NCBI GenBank assembly: GCA_019118685.1
Contig: DWYL01000080.1
Span: 1 to 59,260 of the forward strand
Length of the DNA stretch: 59,260 nucleotides
Direction: 5' to 3'
DNA from: Candidatus Blautia merdipullorum
GTDB taxonomy: Bacteria; Bacillota; Clostridia; Lachnospirales; Lachnospiraceae
Numbering within the stretch: the first letter of the stretch is position 1; each line of letters starts with the position of its first letter. Shown here in pieces: positions 50,915 to 59,260 of the stretch. The notes beneath the pieces were generated by a model that did not search any database, was not told the origin of the DNA, and saw only the letters and a list, made by a program, of their open reading frames with translations. A program made the position numbers and the translations under genes.

Positions 50915-53900
50915 ATGTACATATCAGATTTACATATCCATTCCAGATTTTCCAGAGCTACCAGTAAGGAAGGAGATCCGGAACACCTGGAACTCTGGGC
51001 CCGGAAAAAAGGGATCCATTTAGTGGGAACCGGGGATTTTACCCATCCTCAGTGGAGAGAAGAACTTAAGGAAAAACTGGAACCTGAAGGGAACGGGCTG
51101 TACAAGCTGAAAAAAGAATACCGGATACAGGATGGAGAAACTCCGGATTCTATAGAACCCCGGTTTGTGGTGACCGGAGAGATCAGCTCCATTTATAAAA
51201 AGAATGGCAAGACCAGAAAGGTTCATAACCTTCTGATCCTTCCGGGCCTGGAAGCGGGGGACCGGCTCTCCGCCCGTCTGGAGGAAATCGGAAACATTCA
51301 TTCGGACGGCAGGCCTATCCTGGGTCTGGACTCCAGAGACCTTCTGGAGATCATGCTGGAAACCGTACCCAACGGGATTTTTGTTCCCGCCCATATCTGG
51401 ACGCCTCATTTTGCTATGTTCGGCGCTTTTTCAGGCTTTGATACGGTGGAGGAATGTTTTGAGGATCTGACTCCATATATTCACGCGGTGGAAACCGGAC
51501 TTTCCTCAGATCCTCCTATGAACTGGAGAGTTTCTGCCCTGGACAGGTATCAGCTGATTTCTAATTCAGACGCCCATTCTCCCGGGAAACTGGGACGGGA
51601 GGCGAATCTGATGGACACAGAGCTTTCCTATGAGGGACTTGAGAAAGCCATTCAGACCGGCGAAGGTTTAGAGGGGACCATTGAGTTTTTCCCGGAGGAG
51701 GGAAAGTATCATTATGACGGCCACAGGAAATGTCATTTATGCCTTTCTCCTGCTCAGACCAGAGAATATCAGGGACGCTGTCCGGTGTGCGGGAGAAAGC
51801 TGACGATCGGAGTAGAGCACCGGGTAGAAGAGCTGGCAGACCGTCCTGCCGGTTTTATAAAGAAGGGCGCAAAGGCATTTGAATCCCTTATGCCTTTACC
51901 TGAACTGATCGCCCAGGCTACAGGACATTCAGCGGGAAGCGCCGGGACAGAAAGAATTTACGGAGAGATGCTGCGGACTCTGGGGCCGGAGTTTGAAATC
52001 CTCAGGACAGTGCCTGTGGAAGATATTAAGAAGCAGGCGGGATACTTTATCGGAGAAGGTGTGCAAAGGCTCCGGGATGGACAGGTAGAGCGGCATCCGG
52101 GATTTGACGGAGAATATGGGACCATTAAGCTGTTCCGGGGAAGCGAGCTGGAGGACACCCAGGGACAGATCAGCCTTTTCGACGGCTTCGGACTTGAGAA
52201 TACAGTTCAGGCTCATCCGGAACAGAAGACACTGCAGATGATCCCGCCAGTTGGAAAGGTTTCCCAGAATGTGCCTGAAAAGGATCAGGCGAAGGAAGAG
52301 CTTCCCGCATTAAATGAGAAGCAGAGAGAGGCAGTGGAGAGCATCAGCCCTGTCACGGCGGTTATCGCAGGACCGGGAACAGGAAAGACCAAGACTCTGA
52401 TCGAAAAGATCCTTTACCTTATAGAGAGAAGGAAAGTGAAGCCTTCGGAGATTACAGCAGTAACCTTTACAAACAAAGCGGCCCAGGAGATGAGAAGCCG
52501 TCTGGAAAAAGAGCTGGGAAACAAAAAAGCACTCAGGCAGCTTCAGATCGGGACCTTTCATTCCATCTGCCTGGACATTCTGAAAGAGCAAGGAGAGAAA
52601 TTTTCCCTGGCAGATGAGATACAGGTAAAAGAGCTTGCTCAGGAAACCATAGATACCTGGAACATGAAGATCTCTTTGAAAGACTTTCTTTCCGGCATTT
52701 CCCTGTATAAGTCTGCGCCAGAGGAAAGAAAGCTTCCGGATGAGATTTGGGAGAATGCTTTTAACCGCTATCAGGAACTTCTGAAGGAGAGAAATCTGGC
52801 GGATTTTGATGATCTTCTTCTGAGAGCAGTATCTCTGGCCAGGTCTGATGACCAGAATGAGGAATATAAGAAAAGATTTACTTATCTGCTGGTAGATGAG
52901 TTCCAGGATGTAAACCCTGTCCAGTATAATCTTATGCTGGAATGGGCAAAGGGCGGCCGGGAGCTTTTCGTGATCGGCGACCCGGATCAGGCCATTTACG
53001 GATTCCGGGGTTCCGATTCCCGGTGCTTTGAACGCCTGAAAGAGGATCGCCCGGATACCAGAATGATCTGCCTGGAGGAAAACTACAGGTCTGTTTCTAC
53101 TGTAGTAGAGTCTGCCGTGGCGGTGATCTCAAAAAATCCGGGAGAACAGAGATATCTGAAAGCCCATAGAGGAGAGGGAGAAAAGCTGCGGATCGTCGAA
53201 GCTGCCTCGGATCTTTCAGAAGGGATTTTTGTGGCGAAAGAGATCAACCGTCAGACCGGAGGCATGGACATGGTAGAGGTGCAGAAAGGATTTCAGTCTG
53301 AGGCTGACAGGACTCAGAGAAGTTTTTCAGAGATCGCCGTACTATGCAGGACTCACCGGCAGTTCCGGATCCTGGAAAAATGTCTGGCTCAGGAGGGAAT
53401 CCCTTATGTGACAGTAGGAAGGGAAGATTATCTGATGGATCCGGCGGTACGGGGCACCATCAGCTTCTTTAAAAGCCTTGCAGAAGAGGATTCTCAGGCC
53501 AGAAGCCTGGCGCTCAGACTGTTGTGGCAGCTTCCTGAAACAGAGGTGGCAGATAAAATCTACCAGGAGGCAAAGAAGAAATATCTGCCTATGCTGAAAA
53601 AGGGAAAACCGGAAAAAATTTTAAAATCCTGGCAGGAAGACATGAACCTGAAGGAGAAGCCTGAGATGCTGAAGCTTTGTCAGACAGCCATCCAATATAC
53701 AGGTATGAAAGAATTTCTCCGGGACCTGTCTTTAGGAGAAGAGGGAGACCTTACCCGCCGGCCGGGGAAAAGCTACAGCGCAGGGGCGGTTACCCTTATG
53801 ACCTTACATGGATCCAAAGGGCTGGAGTTTCCTCTGGTTTTCCTCTGCGGAGTCCAGAAGGATATTCTTCCGCTGGAAAAATCCAGCTATCCGGCAGATC

Positions 53901-54091
53901 CGGAAGAAGAAAGGCGGCTGTTCTTTGTAGGAATGACCAGGGCGAGAGATGAACTGATCCTGACCTATGTCCGGGAACCTTCCCCATTTCTGGAAGACAT
54001 ACCTGAACAATTTGTTTTAAAAGAAAAGGCAGGAAAAAAGAGAGAAGAAGGTAGGATGGAGCAGATGAGTCTTTTTGACTTCATATCATAA
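50915..54091 (+). CDS. Endonuclease Q-like PHP nuclease fused to a UvrD/PcrA (SF1) helicase
   Basis: PHP: DLHIHS, GTGDFTHP, AHIWTP, ETGLSSD, SNSDAHS, Zn ligands C..C/CPVCG. Helicase: AGPGTGKT, TFTNKAA, DEFQD, GDPDQAIYGFRG, NYRS, HGSKGLEF, EERRLFFVGMTRA. Confidence 0.9.
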   Translation: MYISDLHIHSRFSRATSKEGDPEHLELWARKKGIHLVGTGDFTHPQWREELKEKLEPEGNGLYKLKKEYRIQDGETPDSIEPRFVVTGEISSIYKKNGKTRKVHNLLILPGLEAGDRLSARLEEIGNIHSDGRPILGLDSRDLLEIMLETVPNGIFVPAHIWTPHFAMFGAFSGFDTVEECFEDLTPYIHAVETGLSSDPPMNWRVSALDRYQLISNSDAHSPGKLGREANLMDTELSYEGLEKAIQTGEGLEGTIEFFPEEGKYHYDGHRKCHLCLSPAQTREYQGRCPVCGRKLTIGVEHRVEELADRPAGFIKKGAKAFESLMPLPELIAQATGHSAGSAGTERIYGEMLRTLGPEFEILRTVPVEDIKKQAGYFIGEGVQRLRDGQVERHPGFDGEYGTIKLFRGSELEDTQGQISLFDGFGLENTVQAHPEQKTLQMIPPVGKVSQNVPEKDQAKEELPALNEKQREAVESISPVTAVIAGPGTGKTKTLIEKILYLIERRKVKPSEITAVTFTNKAAQEMRSRLEKELGNKKALRQLQIGTFHSICLDILKEQGEKFSLADEIQVKELAQETIDTWNMKISLKDFLSGISLYKSAPEERKLPDEIWENAFNRYQELLKERNLADFDDLLLRAVSLARSDDQNEEYKKRFTYLLVDEFQDVNPVQYNLMLEWAKGGRELFVIGDPDQAIYGFRGSDSRCFERLKEDRPDTRMICLEENYRSVSTVVESAVAVISKNPGEQRYLKAHRGEGEKLRIVEAASDLSEGIFVAKEINRQTGGMDMVEVQKGFQSEADRTQRSFSEIAVLCRTHRQFRILEKCLAQEGIPYVTVGREDYLMDPAVRGTISFFKSLAEEDSQARSLALRLLWQLPETEVADKIYQEAKKKYLPMLKKGKPEKILKSWQEDMNLKEKPEMLKLCQTAIQYTGMKEFLRDLSLGEEGDLTRRPGKSYSAGAVTLMTLHGSKGLEFPLVFLCGVQKDILPLEKSSYPADPEEERRLFFVGMTRARDELILTYVREPSPFLEDIPEQFVLKEKAGKKREEGRMEQMSLFDFIS

Positions 54092-54099
54092 AAGAATAA

Positions 54100-54165
54100 A
54101 AAAGACTGGCTTCTTTCACAAGGAGGGAAGAATATCCCATGCATTGTGAAAGGAGTCAGTCTTTT
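54100..54165. terminator. Long bidirectional terminator hairpin
   Basis: AAAAGACTGGCTTCTTTCACAA...TTGTGAAAGGAGTCAGTCTTTT between convergent genes. Confidence 0.75.
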
Positions 54166-54176
54166 GCTGTACAGAA

Positions 54177-54422
54177 TTATTGTTCCGCTTTAGCCAGTTC
54201 TAAGGCTTTAGCCAGCTGCTCCGGACAGGAAGTTCCTCTTCCGCCGCAGTCTGTGCCTTTTAATCTTTCGATCACATCATCGATCTTCATTCCCCGTACC
54301 AGGCTGGCGATTCCCTTTGTATTGCCGTTGCAGCCGCCGTTGAATTTTACTGATTTTATTGTATCGCCGTCCAGTTCGATGTCAATAGACCGGGAACAGA
54401 CGCCTTTTGTCTTATATACCAT
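54177..54422 (-). CDS. TIGR03905-type stand-alone TSCPD domain protein
   Basis: GVCS, GGCNGN, CGGRGTSCPEQL. Confidence 0.9.
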   Translation of the reverse strand: MVYKTKGVCSRSIDIELDGDTIKSVKFNGGCNGNTKGIASLVRGMKIDDVIERLKGTDCGGRGTSCPEQLAKALELAKAEQ

Positions 54423-54540
54423 CTTTCATTCCTCCCGCTGATTTTAGATTTTTACGGGAGTTATTATAGCATGAGTGGAAAGAAAAGTAAAACACCGGTG
54501 GAAAAAACCAGGGAAAAAGTGTAGAATAGGTTAGAGAATA

Positions 54541-55266
54541 ATGGAGAAAGCAGAGGGATATAAAGTGAAAGTAATAGGAATTATCGGAGCCATGGAAGAA
54601 GAAGTGGCTATGTTAAAAGAAAAAATGACAGAAGTGACGGTTACAGAGAAAGCCGGTATGGAATTTTTCCACGGACAGCTGAAAGGCCATGAGGCGGTAG
54701 TAGTCCGTTCAGGCATTGGCAAGGTAAACGCAGGGATCTGCACTCAGATCCTGGCAGATGATTTTCATGTAGATGCTGTGATCAATACGGGGATCGCAGG
54801 ATCTCTGAAGGCAGAGATCAATATCGGAGACATTGTACTGTCTACAGATACCATGCACCATGATATGGATGCCAGAGAATTTGGATACCCGGCAGGACAG
54901 ATCCCCCGGATGGATACTTTGGCTTTTCCTGCTGACGAAGGTCTGCGGAAACTGGCCGGTGAGGTATGCCGCCAGGTCAATCCGGAGATCGGCGTCTGGG
55001 AAGGCCGGGTAGTCAGCGGCGATCAGTTTGTGGCTGACAAGGCTAAAAAAGAAGCCATCATTTCCATTACCGGCGGAAGCTGCACAGAAATGGAGGGAGC
55101 GGCCATAGGACAGGCGGCCTATCTGAACCATATCCCCTATCTGGTGATCCGGGCGATTTCTGACAAAGCAGACGACAGCGCCCAGATGGATTACCCGACT
55201 TTTGAAAAACAGGCTATCCTCCACAGTGTCAGACTGGTGGAGAGTATGATGGGACTGCTGGATTAG
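54541..55266 (+). CDS. mtnN: MTA/SAH nucleosidase
   Basis: IGIIGAMEEEV, SGIGKVNA, NTGIAG, EMEGAA, IRAISD; start may be GTG at 54565. Confidence 0.95.
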   Translation: MEKAEGYKVKVIGIIGAMEEEVAMLKEKMTEVTVTEKAGMEFFHGQLKGHEAVVVRSGIGKVNAGICTQILADDFHVDAVINTGIAGSLKAEINIGDIVLSTDTMHHDMDAREFGYPAGQIPRMDTLAFPADEGLRKLAGEVCRQVNPEIGVWEGRVVSGDQFVADKAKKEAIISITGGSCTEMEGAAIGQAAYLNHIPYLVIRAISDKADDSAQMDYPTFEKQAILHSVRLVESMMGLLD

Positions 55267-55291
55267 AGGAGAATTTGTCGAGCGATTTTGG

Positions 55292-55320
55292 TTTTCAAAA
55301 GGAATAAGGCGCTATATAAT
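55292..55320 (+). promoter_or_regulatory. Sigma-A-like promoter preceding a structured leader
   Basis: TTTTCA-17 nt-TATAAT. Confidence 0.5.
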
Positions 55321-55436
55321 GAAAACAAAGGAACTTCCCCTGAAAACAGCCTTGCCGGCTGAGGGACAGGCCTAAAAAGAGCGGACAGATGCCGGAGGGG
55401 ACCCCTCCGGACTGCCGCCGAAATCAAGGAGGAATT

Positions 55437-56183
55437 ATGGAGCGCCTGATTTTTTACTGGGGTGCCTGCCTTATGGGACTGTTTTGTCTTATAAGTATGA
55501 TGGCAGTTTACAACAGCAACAAAAGAGTATTGAGAGATCTGAAACAGCCTGGAGAAGAAAAGGACAAGTGGCTGAAAGGCTTTATAGCGGAGCATCAGAA
55601 ACTGCAGAAAGAAAATACAAAGATACATAACCCTTCGGTTTATGTAGTGAAAAGAATGAGAGGACGAAAGATAGGACCCTGGAGTATACGGCAGATGAAA
55701 AGTATATCCTGGGGAACTTTTATCCTCTCTTTTTTATTTGCCGGACTGCAGATCCTTTATGCCTGGTCTCCGCAGACAGGTCTGGCCCAGATTTCTTTTT
55801 TCGGAAGAGAAATCTCTGTATTTACCTTTTCTATGGTGGCGGGGATCTGTACAGAAGTCTTTCTTTTAGGAATACGCATGATCTTGGGGATGGGATATCA
55901 GGAAGATGTGATCGAGACAAACCTGCTGGATTATGTGGAAAACCGCTGGAGAGAGCCGGGAAAAATCATTTCTATGGAAAATGTCCGGAATCCCGGTAAA
56001 AGGGAGGCAAGAGGGCAGAAAAAGAAAGAGATTCCCTCCCCCCAAAGCAGCAGAGACAAGGCTGCGCGGCAGATGGAACAGGGAGTTCTGGAAGCGGCTG
56101 CTACAGACAGCAGATACAGCCATCTGCTGAATGAAGAGGAGGAGGCTATTGTTAAAGATGTAATTAAAGAATTTCTAACTTGA
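55437..56183 (+). CDS. Hypothetical membrane protein (3 TM, charged C-terminal tail)
   Basis: Start after AAGGAGG; ends DVIKEFLT. Confidence 0.7.
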   Translation: MERLIFYWGACLMGLFCLISMMAVYNSNKRVLRDLKQPGEEKDKWLKGFIAEHQKLQKENTKIHNPSVYVVKRMRGRKIGPWSIRQMKSISWGTFILSFLFAGLQILYAWSPQTGLAQISFFGREISVFTFSMVAGICTEVFLLGIRMILGMGYQEDVIETNLLDYVENRWREPGKIISMENVRNPGKREARGQKKKEIPSPQSSRDKAARQMEQGVLEAAATDSRYSHLLNEEEEAIVKDVIKEFLT

Positions 56184-56245
56184 TAATCAGTAGGGGATTT
56201 GCTAAACTAAAGGAAGAAATAATTTTCGCAAAGGAGAAGATGAAA

Positions 56246-57595
56246 ATGGGAAATAAAGTGACATTTGACTACTCTAAAGCAGCAAACGTTATCCGTGAAG
56301 AAGAAGTAGCGGCAATGAAAACAATGGCAGAGGCAGCAAAGGAGGTCCTGGTATCCAAGACAGGGCTGGGAAATGATTTCCTGGGCTGGATCAACCTTCC
56401 TGTAGATTATGACAAAGAAGAATTTGACAGAATTAAAAAAGCAGCTAAGAAAATCCAGGAAGATTCAGAGGTTCTTCTTGTTATTGGAATCGGCGGTTCC
56501 TATCTGGGCGCCAGAGCTGCTATTGATTTTCTGAATCATCCTTTCTATAACAATTTGACAAAAGAGAACAGGAAGACTCCGGAAATTTACTATGTGGGAA
56601 ATAATATCAGCGGCGCATATGTAAAAGGCCTTGCAGATGTAGTCGGTGACAGAGACTTTTCCATTAATGTTATCTCCAAATCCGGCACTACCACAGAGCC
56701 TGCCATTGCTTTCCGCTTCTTTAAAGAAAAGATGGAAGCAAAATATGGAAAGGAAGAGGCAGCAGGAAGAATTTACGCTACCACAGACAAAGCAAAAGGA
56801 GCTTTGAAGACATTAGCTGATGAGGAAGGCTATGAAACCTTTGTTGTGCCTGACGACGTAGGAGGCCGTTTCTCTGTTCTGACAGCAGTAGGACTTCTGC
56901 CCATCGCAGTCAGCGGTGTTTCTATAGACAAGCTTATGGAAGGAGCTGCCTCAGGAAGAGAGCTGGCTTTAAATACTCCTTATGAGGAAAATGACGCCAT
57001 GCTTTACGCAGCAGTACGGAATATCCTTCATAAGAAAGGCAAATCTGTTGAAATCCTGGCAGATTATGAACCGACTCTTCATTATGTGGCAGAATGGTGG
57101 AAACAGCTTTACGGAGAAAGCGAAGGAAAAGATCAGAAGGGCATCTATCCTGCATCTGTAGACTTTACTACAGACCTCCATTCTCTGGGCCAGTTCATCC
57201 AGGACGGCTCCAGGATTATGTTTGAGACAGTCCTGGCTATCGAAGAGCCCAAAGAGGATGTGGTGATCAAGGAAGAAGCTGTTGATCTGGACGGCCTGAA
57301 TTATCTGGCCGGAAAAGGTATGGATTTCGTAAATAAAAGCGCAATGAACGGAACGATCCTTGCCCATACAGATGGAAATACACCGAACCTTATGGTGAAG
57401 ATTCCTCAGCAGGACGAGTTCTATCTGGGACAGCTGTTCTATTTCTTTGAGTTTGCCTGCGGCATCAGCGGCTATCTTACAGGTGTAAATCCATTTAACC
57501 AGCCTGGAGTAGAAAGCTATAAGAAAAATATGTTTGCACTTCTGGGAAAACCGGGATATGAAGACAGAAGAGAAGAATTATTAAAGAGATTATAA
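56246..57595 (+). CDS. pgi: Glucose-6-phosphate isomerase
   Basis: [44 protein letters not shown]. Confidence 0.97.
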   Translation: MGNKVTFDYSKAANVIREEEVAAMKTMAEAAKEVLVSKTGLGNDFLGWINLPVDYDKEEFDRIKKAAKKIQEDSEVLLVIGIGGSYLGARAAIDFLNHPFYNNLTKENRKTPEIYYVGNNISGAYVKGLADVVGDRDFSINVISKSGTTTEPAIAFRFFKEKMEAKYGKEEAAGRIYATTDKAKGALKTLADEEGYETFVVPDDVGGRFSVLTAVGLLPIAVSGVSIDKLMEGAASGRELALNTPYEENDAMLYAAVRNILHKKGKSVEILADYEPTLHYVAEWWKQLYGESEGKDQKGIYPASVDFTTDLHSLGQFIQDGSRIMFETVLAIEEPKEDVVIKEEAVDLDGLNYLAGKGMDFVNKSAMNGTILAHTDGNTPNLMVKIPQQDEFYLGQLFYFFEFACGISGYLTGVNPFNQPGVESYKKNMFALLGKPGYEDRREELLKRL

Positions 57596-57602
57596 TTGCA
57601 GA

Positions 57603-57703
57603 TGCTTTCCGGACAAGTCTGATCTTGTCCGGAAAAGCATAAAAATACGGGGCTGCAATATAAAGCGTAAATTTTGGCTTTATATAGCAACCCTGTTTTT
57701 TTA
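57603..57703. terminator. Tandem hairpins between the convergent pgi and HPr-like genes
   Basis: GCTTTCCGGACAAG/CTTGTCCGGAAAAGC, then TATAAAGC/GCTTTATA with flanking A and T runs. Confidence 0.7.
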
Positions 57704-57717
57704 TAGCCAAGTGATGA

Positions 57718-57972
57718 TCAGCGGCAGAGGAGAAAAGTCTCTACAGCCTTTAATGCGTCCTCTTCATCCTCTCCTTCAGCAGTGATTTTTATGGATGCTC
57801 CTGACGAGAGATTGAAAGCCATGACGCCCATGATACTTTTTGCGTTTACCTGTTTGTTTTCTGATGACAATAGGATTTTACTTTGGTACTGACAGGCTGT
57901 GCGCACTAATTCAGAAAACGGATGCTCACAGGTCTTTTCCAGGTCAGATATGGTAATGATTCTTTCTTTCAT
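57718..57972 (-). CDS. HPr/Crh-like phosphocarrier protein lacking His15
   Basis: VNAKSIMG with Ser exactly at residue 46; AEGEDEEDA; start MKERI after AAGGAGG. Confidence 0.88.
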   Translation of the reverse strand: MKERIITISDLEKTCEHPFSELVRTACQYQSKILLSSENKQVNAKSIMGVMAFNLSSGASIKITAEGEDEEDALKAVETFLLCR

Positions 57973-58065
57973 CTGTTGTCCCTCCTTCCGCTGACTGCAT
58001 AAAGATACATTATTTTCTGTATTATATAGCAAAGAGGATAATGTTTCAAGAAAAAAACTTATCCT

Positions 58066-58086
58066 ATATCCGTATTTTACGGATAT
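58066..58086. promoter_or_regulatory. Perfect palindrome, candidate XRE operator
   Basis: ATATCCGTA-TTT-TACGGATAT just upstream of TATAAT before the XRE gene. Confidence 0.55.
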
Positions 58087-58150
58087 GGATTATTATAATT
58101 TGTCTTTTCCATAGATAAAATATCTCTGTGTAGATTTAAAGGAGGAAGAC

Positions 58151-58519
58151 ATGAGTATTGACTACAGATCTATCGGCAGAAGAATTAAAGCTGCACGTAC
58201 ACGTTTGGATATGACTCAGGAGCGTCTGGCAGAACAGGTGAACCTGTCCCCCAGCCATCTCAGCAATATTGAGACAGGCACCACAAAAGTAAGCCTGCCT
58301 ACCATCGTAAAATTGGCAAATGCTCTTGACGTATCCGTAGACGCTTTGCTGGCAGACAGCGTAGTACAGTCAAAAGCAGTATTCGAACAGGATATCCAGT
58401 CCATTCTCAGCGATTGCGATAGCTATGAAATACGAGTGATCGCAGACATTGCCGCAGCTACTAAAAAGACACTGCGGAAAGATGCAAAGCTGAAAAAAGC
58501 ATGGAAAAAGCCGGGATGA
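58151..58519 (+). CDS. XRE-family HTH transcriptional regulator
   Basis: IGRRIKAAR..MTQERLAE..SHLSNIETG..LANALDVSVDALL. Confidence 0.92.
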   Translation: MSIDYRSIGRRIKAARTRLDMTQERLAEQVNLSPSHLSNIETGTTKVSLPTIVKLANALDVSVDALLADSVVQSKAVFEQDIQSILSDCDSYEIRVIADIAAATKKTLRKDAKLKKAWKKPG

Positions 58520-58558
58520 CTCTCCCATTTGGGAAGGACTCCCGGCAAATTTTTATTG

Positions 58559-58825
58559 TCAGTCTTCTTCTATGACCTGCAGCTGAAAATAATCAAAATC
58601 CAGCTCTTCTATGAAATTATCCTGGGAAAACCGGACTTTAGAAAATTTCTGGAAATCTTTTATATTCGCATCCAGCCAGATAGGTGAAGAAAGATCAAAT
58701 TCATGACAGATGGCGTCCAGGGCGTGAAACACTTTTTTTGTCCGGCTGTCTCTGGTATCGTCACAGATTACCGTGCTTTTTAGAATATGAGTATCTTTAT
58801 AAATACTTCCCATTAATCGAAACAT
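58559..58825 (-). CDS. Small conserved-looking hypothetical protein
   Basis: RBS GAAAGGA; RTKKVF..FDLSSPIWL..F.QDNFIE pattern. Confidence 0.7.
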   Translation of the reverse strand: MFRLMGSIYKDTHILKSTVICDDTRDSRTKKVFHALDAICHEFDLSSPIWLDANIKDFQKFSKVRFSQDNFIEELDFDYFQLQVIEED

Positions 58826-59129
58826 GGCATTTCCTTTCTATTCTATAATTTTCCATTAAAAAAATATAAGAGACCGATATCGGCTTCATTATAAAAAAAC
58901 AGAAGAGAAGTGTAAAGCCTCTTTCTGCTAGTTTTTCTGTTGATTGTGCAGATTGCTTACAGAAATTACGAAAAACTGTCAAATTGACAAGGGGACAGAG
59001 GTTTTTAGCCATGGTTACCAAGAGACACCGCAATCTTTGTGGAATTGAACTATGGAAAAAAAAAGCAGATAGGGTTATACTGGTTACAGTTCAAAAGCAG
59101 GACACATAATTATTTAGGAGGAATTGAAA

Positions 59130-59260
59130 ATGGCAAGTTTATCATTGCAGCATATTAACAAAACTTACCCAAATGGATTTGAAGCAGTTAAGGACTTTAA
59201 CCTTGAGATCGCAGATAAAGAATTCATCATCTTCGTAGGACCTTCAGGATGTGGTAAATC
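59130..59260 (+). CDS. msmX: MsmX/MalK-like multiple-sugar ABC ATPase (5' part, truncated by window end)
   Basis: RBS AGGAGG; translates as MASLSLQHINKTYPNGFEAVKDFNLEIADKEFIIFVGPSGCGK (Walker A). Confidence 0.88.
   Translation, partial: MASLSLQHINKTYPNGFEAVKDFNLEIADKEFIIFVGPSGCGK

Noticed and set aside
55271-55283. GAATTTGTCGAGC identical to part of the palindromic element core
   Set aside because: A 13-mer with no flanking similarity; compatible with chance.
55357-55372. Complete SAM-I riboswitch
   Set aside because: Essential SAM-binding elements are missing, so it is not called as a feature and is kept only as a leader finding.

Overview
Chromosomal window from an anaerobic gut Firmicute. 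Gene content and style point to Lachnospiraceae (Blautia/Roseburia-like); this is inference, not a taxonomic assignment. Positions 1-16.4 kb hold a beta-mannan/manno-oligosaccharide utilisation locus: ABC importer, two GH130 phosphorylases, epimerase, CE2- and CE17-like esterases, phosphomutase, a frameshifted GH1, and a mannose-6-P isomerase-ROK kinase fusion. The rest is mixed housekeeping and accessory genes: thiW, two MATE pumps, a vWA protein, a two-component system, lacZ, a Ser/Thr kinase with a large Ig-like surface protein, a DapF-like gene, a COG0523 pair, pth-mfd-prsA, an EndoQ-UvrD fusion, mtnN, pgi, an HPr-like gene and the start of an MsmX-like ATPase. No rRNA, tRNA, CRISPR array, transposase or prophage was seen. 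Best leads: (i) a nested-palindrome element of about 155-168 bp, present twice in opposite orientation with a compensatory base change; (ii) an EndoQ nuclease-UvrD helicase fusion with two beta-clamp-binding motifs; (iii) a structured, potentially switchable leader before the His-rich COG0523 operon; (iv) a DapF homologue lacking both catalytic cysteines; (v) an HPr homologue with Cys at position 15. All calls come from reading motifs by eye; no database searches were run.
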